A stretch of DNA of 64,000 bases. Origin: Candidatus Bathyarchaeota archaeon. GTDB taxonomy: Archaea > Thermoproteota > Bathyarchaeia > Bathyarchaeales > Bathycorpusculaceae. The stretch lies in assembly GCA_963772455.1 (NCBI GenBank), contig CAVYXJ010000007.1:64001-128000 (forward strand), written 5' to 3'. The stretch's first letter is position 1, and every line of letters begins with the position of its first letter. Below the pieces are notes generated by a model, which worked only from the letters and a program-made list of their open reading frames with translations, ran no database searches and was not told the origin of the DNA. Below are positions 1 through 9,974 of the stretch, in pieces. The position numbers and the translations under genes are program-made.

Positions 1-366
1 GTCAGTGCAACTGTTGCAAGTGAATACGATTTTCTTATCTGGATGCATGTTCATGGCGCCGAATTGGCATGCACTGATACACCATCCACATCCGTTGCAG
101 GCGTTTTCGTCCACGCGGATTATGCCGCTGTCACATTCCTGTTTTAGGGCATCTCTTGGGCAAGCTGCAACGCAAGACGGGTCTTCACAGTGTCTACACG
201 TTACTGCAAGGTTGACTAGTGGTCCAAGGCGCATTGCACGTATACGTGATTTGTTTGGGTTGAAGGTGTTTTCGTTAACCATGCTGCAGGCGTATTCGCA
301 GACTAAGCAACCGATGCATTTGTCTGGATCTGCAGTTACGAATTTTCTGTCTTGGGGTCGCACCAT
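1..366 (-). CDS. 4Fe-4S polyferredoxin (CooF/DmsB-like), probable AOR small subunit; runs off the window edge
   Basis: Not in ORF track. Manual translation from ATG at 366: MVRPQDRKFVTADPDKCIGCLVCEYACS...TCRHCEDPSCVAACP...CNGCGWCISACQFGA; starts 1 nt after the aor stop. Confidence 0.9.
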   Translation of the reverse strand, partial: MVRPQDRKFVTADPDKCIGCLVCEYACSMVNENTFNPNKSRIRAMRLGPLVNLAVTCRHCEDPSCVAACPRDALKQECDSGIIRVDENACNGCGWCISACQFGAMNMHPDKKIVFTCNSCTD

Positions 367-367
367 T

Positions 368-2281
368 TTAGTTACCTCCTACTGTTGCTTTTGGAGCTGC
401 AGGTTTGGCTTCTTTAGCGGCTTTCATTGCATTTTCAGCAATGTAAGCTAAGTCACCGAGCCCTAACTGTTGTAAGCGTTCAACCGTTGGAATGCCGTCC
501 GCAGTCCAACCTCGTGAAGCGTAATAGTCATCTAAACCAATTGCCATTTCTTCGTCATTGACACAAACGCCTTTGGCTGGTCCCTCGTCTGGTACTGGGA
601 AATTCTTTATTTTGTATGGAACGTCGTCGAATTTGCGTGTGCCTTTTCCTTCTCGTATGTTGAAGAGGCGTGCTAGGTTTTCGATTCTGTCTCCGTCTGC
701 AGTCATTTCTTCGGTTGTGATTGGGATTCCTGTGGCTAAGGTGTAATAGTTTGCAAGGTCTTTCCAACCGTCGTAGTATGTGCCTCTGCTAAATTTGCAA
801 ACGATAAGTGAGTCAATGATGTTGTACATGTGGCTCTCGTCAGTAATCATTTTGCCTCTGCCTTTCTCGATTTTAAATCGGTTTACTTTACCTTTAACAT
901 CCGGTGAGTAAGCTCCGTTTCTGAGGTGGCATGCGCCACGGAATGATACTGAGAAGCCTAACGCTGCTGTCTTCAGAGTTCTTAGGTCATATCCTGGAAG
1001 TTCTAATCCTTTGATGTGGCAAGCGTATTTGTAAGCATCTCCGCCGATTAATTCAGCTGCTTTCTCAACTCCTTCTGCAAGAATGTTGCCAAGCCAACCT
1101 TCACGTTTGCCAATCTTGTGAATAATCGCGATTAATGCTTCTGCGTTGCCGAATTTGAGGTCGATTCCGTCGGTTTGTTCTTTGGTGATTATACCGTGTT
1201 CATAGAGATCCATCGCAAAAGCAACTACGACGCCAATTGAGATGCCGTCCATGCCGTATTCGTTGACAATACGCATTGCTTCGATAATTGCGTCTAAACG
1301 GTCAACGCCACATAGTGGTCCCATGCTCCAGAGGCATTCGAATTCTAGTCTTGAAGTTGATCCTTTGTATGGTCCTTCAGGGACAACGGCAATGTGGTCG
1401 CAACGCATACCGCAAGTTGCACATCCCACAATTTTCTTAACATAGTGCTCATTTAGGTATTCGCCGCTGACTTTGTTAGCGCCTTCAAAAGTTGCGTTCG
1501 TCCAGTTTCTTGTAGCTAAAGCTGAAAGCGAGTTCAGGACGAGAACGTTTTCGGGTGTGCCCAAGGTTTTGTATTTCTTGGTTGCTGGACCCTTCATTCG
1601 TTCATGAATCATTTTGATATATTCTTTGAAGCCTTCCATGTTGGCTACGTTAACGTCTTTTGTTCCCCTTACGGCCACTGCCTTAAGGTTTTTGCTGCCC
1701 ATGACTGCGCCCATGCCTGTGCGTCCAATGGCGCGAAACTCATCATTAATAATGGCTGCAAACCTGCAGAGTTTTTCTCCTGCTTCACCAATTGCTGACA
1801 CACGAATATAGAAGTCTCCAAGTTCATCTCGGATTTTATTATCGGTATCGCCAACAGTGGCGTTCTTTAGGAACTCACCATTTCGGATTTCGACCTTGTC
1901 ATCGTCAATCCAAAGGTAAGACAATTTGGGTGCTTTACCAGTAATTACTACAGCGTCGTATCCTGCGCGCTTTAAGTCTGGACCGAAAAACCCATGTGCT
2001 TTGGCTTCACCAACACCGCCAGTGGCAGGTGATTTGGAAACAACAGCATAGCCGTTTCCAGCTGTTGGACCCATGGTCCCGCTAAGTGGACCAGTACAAT
2101 AAATAATCGGGTTGTCTGGATGAAATGCGTCGGTGCCTGGTTTTGAATTATCCATAAGCAAGCGTATGCCTAGACCTATACCGCCGATGTAGCTTTTAGC
2201 CATCTGTTCATTTAATGGCTCTGTTTTTGTTTCCCCTGTTGTGAGGTTAACATGTAAAATTTTTCCTGCGTAAGAGAACAT
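368..2281 (-). CDS. aor: Tungsten-dependent aldehyde:ferredoxin oxidoreductase family protein
   Basis: YAGKILHVNLT, YIGGIGLG, KSPATG, GRTGMGAVMGSKNLKAVAVRG, CxxCxxxC, DYYASRGW; likely start ATG at 2281. Confidence 0.93.
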   Translation of the reverse strand: MFSYAGKILHVNLTTGETKTEPLNEQMAKSYIGGIGLGIRLLMDNSKPGTDAFHPDNPIIYCTGPLSGTMGPTAGNGYAVVSKSPATGGVGEAKAHGFFGPDLKRAGYDAVVITGKAPKLSYLWIDDDKVEIRNGEFLKNATVGDTDNKIRDELGDFYIRVSAIGEAGEKLCRFAAIINDEFRAIGRTGMGAVMGSKNLKAVAVRGTKDVNVANMEGFKEYIKMIHERMKGPATKKYKTLGTPENVLVLNSLSALATRNWTNATFEGANKVSGEYLNEHYVKKIVGCATCGMRCDHIAVVPEGPYKGSTSRLEFECLWSMGPLCGVDRLDAIIEAMRIVNEYGMDGISIGVVVAFAMDLYEHGIITKEQTDGIDLKFGNAEALIAIIHKIGKREGWLGNILAEGVEKAAELIGGDAYKYACHIKGLELPGYDLRTLKTAALGFSVSFRGACHLRNGAYSPDVKGKVNRFKIEKGRGKMITDESHMYNIIDSLIVCKFSRGTYYDGWKDLANYYTLATGIPITTEEMTADGDRIENLARLFNIREGKGTRKFDDVPYKIKNFPVPDEGPAKGVCVNDEEMAIGLDDYYASRGWTADGIPTVERLQQLGLGDLAYIAENAMKAAKEAKPAAPKATVGGN

Positions 2282-2475
2282 GCTTTTTTCCCTCAAATCT
2301 CGGTAAGTTAGAAGGCTAGTAAAAACTATATTAAGTTAATGGGTAATGGGTTTAGAAAGACACGACTATATACGATTTGTTTTGTTTTACACAACGCAAA
2401 AAACGATAATAAAAAATCGCAGAAGCGAAAACTTAAACCAATCCAAAACCAATCCCTTCCAAGAAGGCGGAAAGA

Positions 2476-3528
2476 TTGAATCGAACCAACGCCCTAAAAC
2501 AAGAAGCAGCAAAACAGGGCAAACCATTGAACTTTTTAATTTTCAACCCAACCAACATACTCTACTTCTCTAATTTTTCAGGAGCAACAGCACTGCTAAT
2601 CCCAGAAAAAGGCGAGAACATTCTTTACGTATCAGGAGTAAACTATGAACAAGCCAAAGAAGAAGTCAAAGGCTTAAATGTTGAACTTTTAAACCGAGGA
2701 GAGAACTTATTTGAGAAAATCGCTCGACGAATACCAAGTCAAAAATTATCAGTTGACACACATCAGATAGAAAGTTGGCGTACCCTTGCAAAAGCAGTCG
2801 GCGGAGAGGAAAAACTCGAATCAGCAAACACCCTCATACGGGATTTGCGCATAATCAAAGATGAAAAAGAAATCGAGTTAATTAGACAAGCATGCAAACT
2901 AGCAGACATCGGTATTAAAACAGCTGCTGAGACCATTCGTCCAGGCATAAAAGAGAAGGAAGTAGCAGCTGAAATCGAATATGCAATGCGTATGGCAGGT
3001 TCAGACGGTGTGGCTTTTGATACAATCGTTGCTTCTGGGTACTGCTGTGCATATCCTCATGGCACTTTTTTAGAAAAGATTATTCAGGAAGACGATTTGG
3101 TGGTAGTTGATTTAGGTGCAATCTATAAGAACTACCGATCTGACATCACTCGAACATTCACGGCAGGTAGAGCTTCAGAGAAACAAACAAGAATTTACCA
3201 AACCGTAAAGTTGGCGCAGCAAAAAGCCTATGAAGCCACCAAACAGGGCGTTTTAGCTAGCGAAGTTGATTTGGCAGCTAGAAGAGTGATTGAGGAAGCG
3301 GGGTTTGGAGAGTTCTTTGTTCATAACCTGGGACACGGCGTTGGGTTGGAGATCCATGAAGCGCCCATTTTGAGTCCAGACAGCAAAGACATCTTAGAAA
3401 TGGGCAATGTTGTTACTATTGAACCTGGAATTTACGTGCCGGGCTTTGGTGGGGTACGAATCGAAGACACTGTGCTGATCACGCGGGGTGTGGCAGAGAA
3501 ATTAACGGTTGCTCCCATCTTACCTTAA
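2476..3528 (+). CDS. pepQ: Xaa-Pro aminopeptidase/prolidase (M24B)
   Basis: DLGA...SDITRT, HNLGHGVGLEIHEAP, TIEPGIY, GVRIEDTV. Confidence 0.9.
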   Translation: MNRTNALKQEAAKQGKPLNFLIFNPTNILYFSNFSGATALLIPEKGENILYVSGVNYEQAKEEVKGLNVELLNRGENLFEKIARRIPSQKLSVDTHQIESWRTLAKAVGGEEKLESANTLIRDLRIIKDEKEIELIRQACKLADIGIKTAAETIRPGIKEKEVAAEIEYAMRMAGSDGVAFDTIVASGYCCAYPHGTFLEKIIQEDDLVVVDLGAIYKNYRSDITRTFTAGRASEKQTRIYQTVKLAQQKAYEATKQGVLASEVDLAARRVIEEAGFGEFFVHNLGHGVGLEIHEAPILSPDSKDILEMGNVVTIEPGIYVPGFGGVRIEDTVLITRGVAEKLTVAPILP

Positions 3529-3687
3529 CATAAAATTCTTTAGAGGTATCAAATCGTAATCGTCAAAGACGGCATAGAAGCATTCACAACTGTCTACCAA
3601 GAAAGGACTAAAATATTTAGAAAAAGTGTATAGTGCTAAAATTAATGTTAGTAAACAATATAATCCAAGAAATTGTGAAATAATATC

Positions 3688-3897
3688 TTATCTCGAGCCT
3701 TTCTGGCTGCTTTCAGCAATGGCTGCCCCTATAAGTACTCCTATTCCTAAAGCAATAGATGCCAGGGCAAAAGACTCATGGTGAATATCTTCTATCTGGA
3801 ACCAAACTCCAAAAGTTACCTTTTGTTGAAACTGAATCAAAAAGGCCAATACAAAAAATACGATAGCAACAAGAATCGGAACCCAACGATTACTCAC
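3688..3897 (-). CDS. Small two-TM membrane protein
   Basis: Two hydrophobic segments; GGTGA-type SD upstream. Confidence 0.6.
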   Translation of the reverse strand: MSNRWVPILVAIVFFVLAFLIQFQQKVTFGVWFQIEDIHHESFALASIALGIGVLIGAAIAESSQKGSR

Positions 3898-4013
3898 TTA
3901 AAATCACCAAACGATAACACACAATCAAGATTTTAAACTTAATTGAATCCAAAAAATATTTTTAACTAAAATAGACTTTTTATAAATGATGAATAGTTTG
4001 ATTAATAATATAT

Positions 4014-4633
4014 TTGCGCAAACTCGGCAACAAAGAAATTACAAAAGCCCAACTGTTCCATATTGTTGAATCGAATTTTGGAATAGTTCCAGAACTGTTA
4101 AGGGGTACTGACTCTCCCAAAGCAACAGTTAGATATGGATGTGGAAAGGTGCTCATTGATCTAAGCGACAAGTATCCAGACATGCTTTATCCATAAATGA
4201 ATAGCTTCATTGAGCTTCTAGATAGTGAACACAGAATTCTAAAGTGGAATGCTATGGCAATAATTTGCAAATCTAACGAAAGTTGACGTAGACCTTAAGT
4301 TTGATGCAAATTTCTACAAATACTACGGCTTTCTTAGTAATGACTACATGGTTACCGTAGCCAATATAGTGAAAAACTCGGCAAAAATTGCGATTGAAAA
4401 GCCCCACCTTATCAAAAAATAATAAATGAACTGCTGAAGGTCCAAAATCTAAAATTGACACCACACCTAACTGAAGAATGTAAACTATTCATAACTGAAC
4501 AAACACTCAAAGCATTCAACATAGTCTTGACCAAGTCGAAGCTAAAAATAAAGTATTAGCCTTCGCTCAAAAACAAATTAACAGTTCAAGAGTGACTTTA
4601 AGAGAAGAAGCACAAAAAATAATAAAAAATTAA
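4014..4633 (+). pseudogene. Degraded HEAT/ARM-like helical protein gene
   Basis: Coherent protein across an internal TAA (4194-4196) and frameshifts near 4266 and 4420: VRYGCGKVLIDLSDKYPDMLYP*MNSFIELLDSEHRILKWNAMAII/ANLTKVD...YMVTVANIVKNSAKIAIEKPHL. Confidence 0.65.
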
Positions 4634-4715
4634 AATTAACTGATTGAACCAAGTAAAATAGTCGTCTTTCCAGCCTTTACAAGATTAATTCAATATCGAA
4701 AAGTGTGTGGATGGT

Positions 4716-4793
4716 TGGTGGGCCCGGGGCGATTTGAACACCCGGTCAACAGATTATGAGTCTGGCGCTCTAGCCGGACTGAGCTACGGGCCC
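4716..4793 (-). tRNA. tRNA with CAT anticodon, probably tRNA-Ile2 (agmatidine type); CCA encoded
   Basis: GGGCCCG...CGGGCCC-ACCA acceptor stem, CTCATAA loop, TTCAAAT T-loop; GGGCCC acceptor resembles archaeal Ile tRNAs (elongator Met not excluded). Confidence 0.88.
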
Positions 4794-4887
4794 ACTTTAC
4801 TATTCTCTAATATTGCTGTTCCAGTACAGATTTAAACATTTTCCGATTTCCATTCTTCAATTTACCGATAACTTAAAATCTTTTAGG

Positions 4888-5142
4888 TTAGGGGTTGCCA
4901 AACCATTTCTCATACCATGCGTTGAACATTGAAAGGCAGTCTTTTTGCCATGCTTGTTCGCCTTCGTCTTTGCGTAGGCAGTTGACGAGTTCCAAGTTAT
5001 GGACAATTTCTGCTTTTGCCTCCTTTATCGCCGCGTCAATGTCATCGAGCATGTCGTTGCCACCTGTAGAATATTCATTGGTAGTTTGTCTTAGGAACAC
5101 TCGTTTATGTTTGATTAATTCTTGAATTTTGCCCTCACTCAT
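4888..5142 (-). CDS. Hypothetical helical protein (~84 aa)
   Basis: ATG at 5142 avoids overlap with the upstream glycosylase; ends NAWYEKWFGNP. Confidence 0.5.
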   Translation of the reverse strand: MSEGKIQELIKHKRVFLRQTTNEYSTGGNDMLDDIDAAIKEAKAEIVHNLELVNCLRKDEGEQAWQKDCLSMFNAWYEKWFGNP

Positions 5143-5179
5143 TGTGCACACCATTAGGGAAGTGCTGTTAGTCGCAATT

Positions 5180-6040
5180 TTAACGTTGTGTTCGCTCAAA
5201 ATGGAAGAGATATTCTTGAGCGTAGCCAGCGTACTGTCCAAAGTAGGACCTTGCGAATTCGCTGATCTTTTGGTATTCGAAGTTGGTTAAGGAGTTGTGA
5301 CTCTGCATTTTTTTGACTATTTCGGCAGGTAGTTGGTTAGCATAATGATTTAGAATAACGCGTTTTATCCAAACGTCCACGGGAAAAGCCTCCATTTTTT
5401 CAAGCGAAAAAAGCAGAACACAATCAGCCACTTTCAAGCCAACCCCAGAGAACTCTATAAGCGCTTTTCTAGCTTCTAAATAGGGTAAAGCCTTCAAATC
5501 TTCAAGATTAAAGGATTCATCGAGGATCTTTTTAGCTGTTTTTCGCACGTACTTAGCCCTATAGCCTAAACCGCATTCAAGCAGACCTTCCTCACTAGCC
5601 TTCGTCAATCGTTCAATAGTTGGAAAAGTATAAAACTCCAAACCATCGAAAAACTTTTTTTCACCATACTTCATTGAGAGTTTCTTAAGCATTAATTCGA
5701 TAGCAGCAATGCTCTTGTAGGTAGCACAAATAAAGCTGATAAGGCATTCCCAAGGCAGTTGCCTTACAATCCGAAGCCCTTCAAACCTTTGCAGAGCGTT
5801 TCGAACATAATCGTCTTTGCCAACACAACTTTTTATTTCATTTAAATTATCGTTTAGCCCAAAATATTTTTGCACAAATTCCCTTTGGACATTCTCAAAC
5901 TCTAACTGCGCACCGCATTGGCGTATCTTAACAACTTGTTCGCCGACGACGCCATACCACCAACCATTAATCTTCCCCCATCTAAAAACCTGACCGCAAC
6001 AAAGCGAAAAATCCAAATCAAATGCAACATCAAGCCGCAA
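5180..6040 (-). CDS. ogg: 8-oxoguanine DNA glycosylase, OGG1 family (HhH-GPD)
   Basis: CGQVFRW, GLRIVRQ.PWECLISFI, GLGYRAKY, GVGLKVADCVLLF, FPVDVW. Confidence 0.88.
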   Translation of the reverse strand: MRLDVAFDLDFSLCCGQVFRWGKINGWWYGVVGEQVVKIRQCGAQLEFENVQREFVQKYFGLNDNLNEIKSCVGKDDYVRNALQRFEGLRIVRQLPWECLISFICATYKSIAAIELMLKKLSMKYGEKKFFDGLEFYTFPTIERLTKASEEGLLECGLGYRAKYVRKTAKKILDESFNLEDLKALPYLEARKALIEFSGVGLKVADCVLLFSLEKMEAFPVDVWIKRVILNHYANQLPAEIVKKMQSHNSLTNFEYQKISEFARSYFGQYAGYAQEYLFHFERTQR

Positions 6041-6046
6041 TTCACA

Positions 6047-8185
6047 TTACTCCATAAACTTCTCGGGTTTGGGCACTTCAAGGACTAAGCCTTTTCTTCG
6101 CCGCAAATCACTTACCACTTCTAAAGATGATTTAGAAGGCATTTTTTCCCAATGATCAAAAAACATTTGCCAAAATGCCCTGCCCGAAGTCGTGGATCTT
6201 AGCTCTTTTGAGAAGCCAAAAGTTTCAGAGACAGGAATAAAGCCCGTGATAACTGTGAGGAGCCCTTTTTGTTCAAACAATGTGACTTTTCCGTGGCGGG
6301 TGCTTAGGATTCTTGAAGATTCGCCTGCTAATTCGCTGGCGACTGAGATTATAATTTTGTAAATGGGTTCAAGCAAGACTGGGTCAGCAGTTAGAAAGCT
6401 TCCGAAAACGGCTTTGCCTACGCCACGCATAATTTCTGAGGAACCGTCTTCGCTTTGATTTAATTGTAAATCTTCTAAGTTCACCTGCAAGTGTCGGACA
6501 GGTTCACCACAGAGTGGACCAGCCTTGCAAGCGTATTCAAATCCAGCAATAATCGCTTCTAAATCCTGTTCAGAAATTTGCTCTGTTTTTCCACTGCAAT
6601 CTAAAAGAACGTTCCGTTGTTCATCAACCGAGAGAACGCTTCCCGAATCAGGTTCGGTAGATGTAGTTGAATCCTCTGTTTCAGGCATGACCTGCACCCA
6701 AAAACTATTCTGTTTATTAGGGCTTTTCGCTAAAGCAACTACTCCTCTTTTCTGGACGCTTTCCATATAAACAACTCTTGGCGAAGAGACAGTAACATCG
6801 ATGCCAAAAGTGTTTTTGAGTTCGTGTATGGCTATTTCTAAATGCAATTCACCCATACCGCTGAGTAGATATTCACCAGTTTGCTTATCTGCAGTAATTT
6901 TGAGGTTGGGGTCTTCACTGGCAAGTTTCTCAAGAGCATCGAGCAATAATGGAATGTCTTGGGTTTTTTTAGGTTCAACTGCTAAAGTTACTACTGGTTC
7001 GGAAACATAGCATATGCCTTCAAAGGGCACCATAGAGTTTTTGTGTGTTAAATCCACAAGGGTTTCGCCAGCCTTAACGGTTCCAGTCAACGTGAAAGAA
7101 GCTAAACTTCCAGCTGAAACCTCGGTGACCTCTTCACGAAGTGATCCCATATCAATAGAGACTTCCTTAACTTCTGTTTCAGAAAGAGCAGCTACAAGAT
7201 GCAGTTTATCACCTTTTTTCGTTTTACCGGAGAAAACTCTGCCAGTTGCGACGGTGTCTCCGTTTGGGTCAAAATGCACGTTGGTCACATACATGACCGT
7301 TGGCGCATCGTCTGCACAGAGAACTAACGCTTTGCCCATATTGGAATTAATTTGTCCGTCCCAAATCTTTTCAGTACGATAAGATTGAGCATCCTTTGGA
7401 TTCGGAACTACATTGATTGCCATTTCGAAAATTGCTGTGTATACTGGCAAAGTCGTTTGCAGTTTCATATGTTGGCCAATGGCATACGCTTTCATTATGT
7501 CTGAAAACTTTATGCATTGCTGCTTCGCCATTTTCATTGTGAACCCCCAGCCGTGCAAAGCTGAGCCAAAAGCTACGTTGCCCAATGAGGCATCGATTCT
7601 CCATTGGTTTTTGAATTGAGGTTCTGCGTAGGTTTCTATTAAGTCATTGAATTTGTTGATTATTTGGTCAAGTTTTTTTTGTATCTGTTCCTCATTTAGC
7701 TGAAGCTCAACAATTAGTTTGTCAACTTTATTGATGAATAATACTGGACGGACACGTTCTTCAAGAGCTTGCTTTGTAACTATTTCAGTTTGAGCCATAA
7801 TTTCCTCGACAGCATCCACAACTACAATTGCGCCATCAATAATTCTCAGAGCTCGAGTTACTTTACCAGTAAAATCAACATGCCCTGGCGTGTCAACGAG
7901 GTTTATGATGTACGGGGTGCCTGTGGCTTTGTAGAGGAGACTGATGTTGGCTGTTTTTATAGTGATTTTGCGTTTCTGCTCTTCCTCAAGATAGTCAAGC
8001 ACTCTTGCCATTCCGGCCATTTTGGTCGAAAGCAATCCAACCCCAGCCAACAAAGAATCAGCAAGAGTGGTTTTGCCATGGTCGATATGTGCAATAATTC
8101 CTACGTTTCGTATAAGTTCTTTTTTGCCCATTAATTGTTGAATTTCAAGGATTTGTTTGAAACGAGGCATCTTTTTAACCGTCAA
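6047..8185 (-). CDS. Elongation factor 2 paralogue (aEF-2p-like GTPase)
   Basis: AHIDHGKTT, DTPGHVDF, NKVD, GMGELHLE, GPLCGEP, LRSTTSGRAFW; no HRG diphthamide loop. Confidence 0.88.
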   Translation of the reverse strand: MTVKKMPRFKQILEIQQLMGKKELIRNVGIIAHIDHGKTTLADSLLAGVGLLSTKMAGMARVLDYLEEEQKRKITIKTANISLLYKATGTPYIINLVDTPGHVDFTGKVTRALRIIDGAIVVVDAVEEIMAQTEIVTKQALEERVRPVLFINKVDKLIVELQLNEEQIQKKLDQIINKFNDLIETYAEPQFKNQWRIDASLGNVAFGSALHGWGFTMKMAKQQCIKFSDIMKAYAIGQHMKLQTTLPVYTAIFEMAINVVPNPKDAQSYRTEKIWDGQINSNMGKALVLCADDAPTVMYVTNVHFDPNGDTVATGRVFSGKTKKGDKLHLVAALSETEVKEVSIDMGSLREEVTEVSAGSLASFTLTGTVKAGETLVDLTHKNSMVPFEGICYVSEPVVTLAVEPKKTQDIPLLLDALEKLASEDPNLKITADKQTGEYLLSGMGELHLEIAIHELKNTFGIDVTVSSPRVVYMESVQKRGVVALAKSPNKQNSFWVQVMPETEDSTTSTEPDSGSVLSVDEQRNVLLDCSGKTEQISEQDLEAIIAGFEYACKAGPLCGEPVRHLQVNLEDLQLNQSEDGSSEIMRGVGKAVFGSFLTADPVLLEPIYKIIISVASELAGESSRILSTRHGKVTLFEQKGLLTVITGFIPVSETFGFSKELRSTTSGRAFWQMFFDHWEKMPSKSSLEVVSDLRRRKGLVLEVPKPEKFME

Positions 8186-8273
8186 TCAATGCTGTTGACA
8201 TAGATGCTCTTCTTGAATTAATAAGAATAACTAACATCAAACGATTAGTGGATAGATAGGCTTCTATAAAGAA

Positions 8274-9866
8274 TCATCTAAATGCCAAAACGAAGATTCT
8301 TTCAGGAATAACTCCAAACGTCTCAATTAATTTGAATCGACCTGTCCCATTTAACAGTTCAAAAATAGTCTGCTCAGTCAAATTACTTTGGTAATACGGT
8401 ATGTTTCCGCCGTATTCGTAGAGCATGACAATTTTTGTACCGTTGGTTTGGCAGAAGTTAACTAATTCAGTTATGTTAAATTGAGGCGTGTAAGCATCTA
8501 CAGCCAATTCTGGGTATTGATATACAGGCGTTTGGCTTGCGCTCTTGCTGTTTAAGTAAAACCAAACCATGTCTTTGTTGAAGAGATTGTATGGGCAAAG
8601 AACTAAGATAGATTGGTTACTTTGTTGTGTAGACATCGCATACGTTGCCGCTTCTTGAACCGGAATTTGCGGTTGATTCTGCCCCGCCCAAGAGTAAGCA
8701 TCAATAGAACTGTAAAAGATGCCAGCAGCAACGAAAATTATTAAAATCGCCGCGGCGAATTTAGCGAGATGTTTTTTGGTGATGCTACTTTTTGTGGATT
8801 GCCAGGTTTTTTGTAGCCTGCAAATTATTGACGCTACCAGTGCAGATGCAGAAATTGACAACACGGGGAACAGAGGAGTAACATAACGCCATTGCCTGTT
8901 TGGAATTATGGTGAAAACAACGTATATGATAATGAACCAAACCAGCAAAAACTTGTCCTGCGGCTTTCGCCTGAAAGCAAATAAAGCTAAGCCTGCGAGT
9001 CCTAACCCATAAAGCAAGAGCGAAATCGGATGCTTATCGTTGTATGGCCAGACCATTTCGAGAAGATAAAATATGGGGATCGAGAAACGGTTGCTGTACA
9101 ATGTTTGGCCAGTGTTTCCCACCTGCAAAACGTACAACCATACATTCAGCAACCCTGAAGCGTATAATTCAAAGAGCAGAAAAGCCGCAAGAACCGCTAA
9201 CAAAACCCCTAACCAAAGCCTTTTAGAATGTACGAATCTCTCAATGTGGGTTTTCAGAAAGCCTCCTTTACCAAAAGCAAAGACACATGCAACCATAATT
9301 ATGGGTGCCACGACAAGAATTTGATATTTCACAAGTACACCGATCACTAGTGCAACTATGCTCAATGTCAAGTCGCGTTCTCGACTATTTTTTAGCCACC
9401 TAAAGAAAAACAGCATAGAGACGCAGAAAACGAAGATAAGCATGGTTTCAATCAAGGCCATACTGGCTAACCAAACGATTCCCGGCATCACAGCAAACAA
9501 GACACCTGAGAGCAAAGCAGTTTTTTCGCCGTACGTTTCTTTAGCAATCTTGCAAACCACGAAAAAGGAAAGAAGCGAAAACGTCACCGCGACAAGTCGC
9601 CCTGTCAATACACTCGCACCCGCCAAAGCAAAGTAGACTGCAGTCACCAAATTGTACATAGGGGGATAAAACGAGTTTGTAGCAGCGTATTGCCAAATTT
9701 GCCCCCTGATTAGAAGCAAAGCGCCGTTGAAGTGATTCACTTCATCCCACTGCATGGGAATATAATTCAAGTTTAGGATAACAAGAAAAGCGTAAAATAT
9801 CACAAAAACTAAAAAGATAAAATGACATTTGCTAAATTGAAACTGTAACCATGTTGGCAACCTCAA
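8274..9866 (-). CDS. GT-C fold membrane glycosyltransferase (ArnT/PMT-like)
   Basis: WDE motif, YPP, GRL, many TM segments, RY.TPL.P. Confidence 0.8.
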   Translation of the reverse strand: MRLPTWLQFQFSKCHFIFLVFVIFYAFLVILNLNYIPMQWDEVNHFNGALLLIRGQIWQYAATNSFYPPMYNLVTAVYFALAGASVLTGRLVAVTFSLLSFFVVCKIAKETYGEKTALLSGVLFAVMPGIVWLASMALIETMLIFVFCVSMLFFFRWLKNSRERDLTLSIVALVIGVLVKYQILVVAPIIMVACVFAFGKGGFLKTHIERFVHSKRLWLGVLLAVLAAFLLFELYASGLLNVWLYVLQVGNTGQTLYSNRFSIPIFYLLEMVWPYNDKHPISLLLYGLGLAGLALFAFRRKPQDKFLLVWFIIIYVVFTIIPNRQWRYVTPLFPVLSISASALVASIICRLQKTWQSTKSSITKKHLAKFAAAILIIFVAAGIFYSSIDAYSWAGQNQPQIPVQEAATYAMSTQQSNQSILVLCPYNLFNKDMVWFYLNSKSASQTPVYQYPELAVDAYTPQFNITELVNFCQTNGTKIVMLYEYGGNIPYYQSNLTEQTIFELLNGTGRFKLIETFGVIPERIFVLAFR

Positions 9867-9974
9867 TTTTTCCTCTTCCTACCTATAGCCCCAACGCTGA
9901 TCAATTAGATTACGAAAAATGCACTTAAGCTTTAATTAACTAACTCCGCAGCATTAGCCATCAGAGGACAAGAA

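Noticed and set aside
5-451. 148-aa plus-strand ORF and the many other antisense ORFs in the track
   Set aside because: Shadows of well-supported opposite-strand genes; no motifs
3541-3633. IVIVKDGIEAFT fragment resembling an M24 peptidase C-terminus
   Set aside because: Too short to support a duplication remnant
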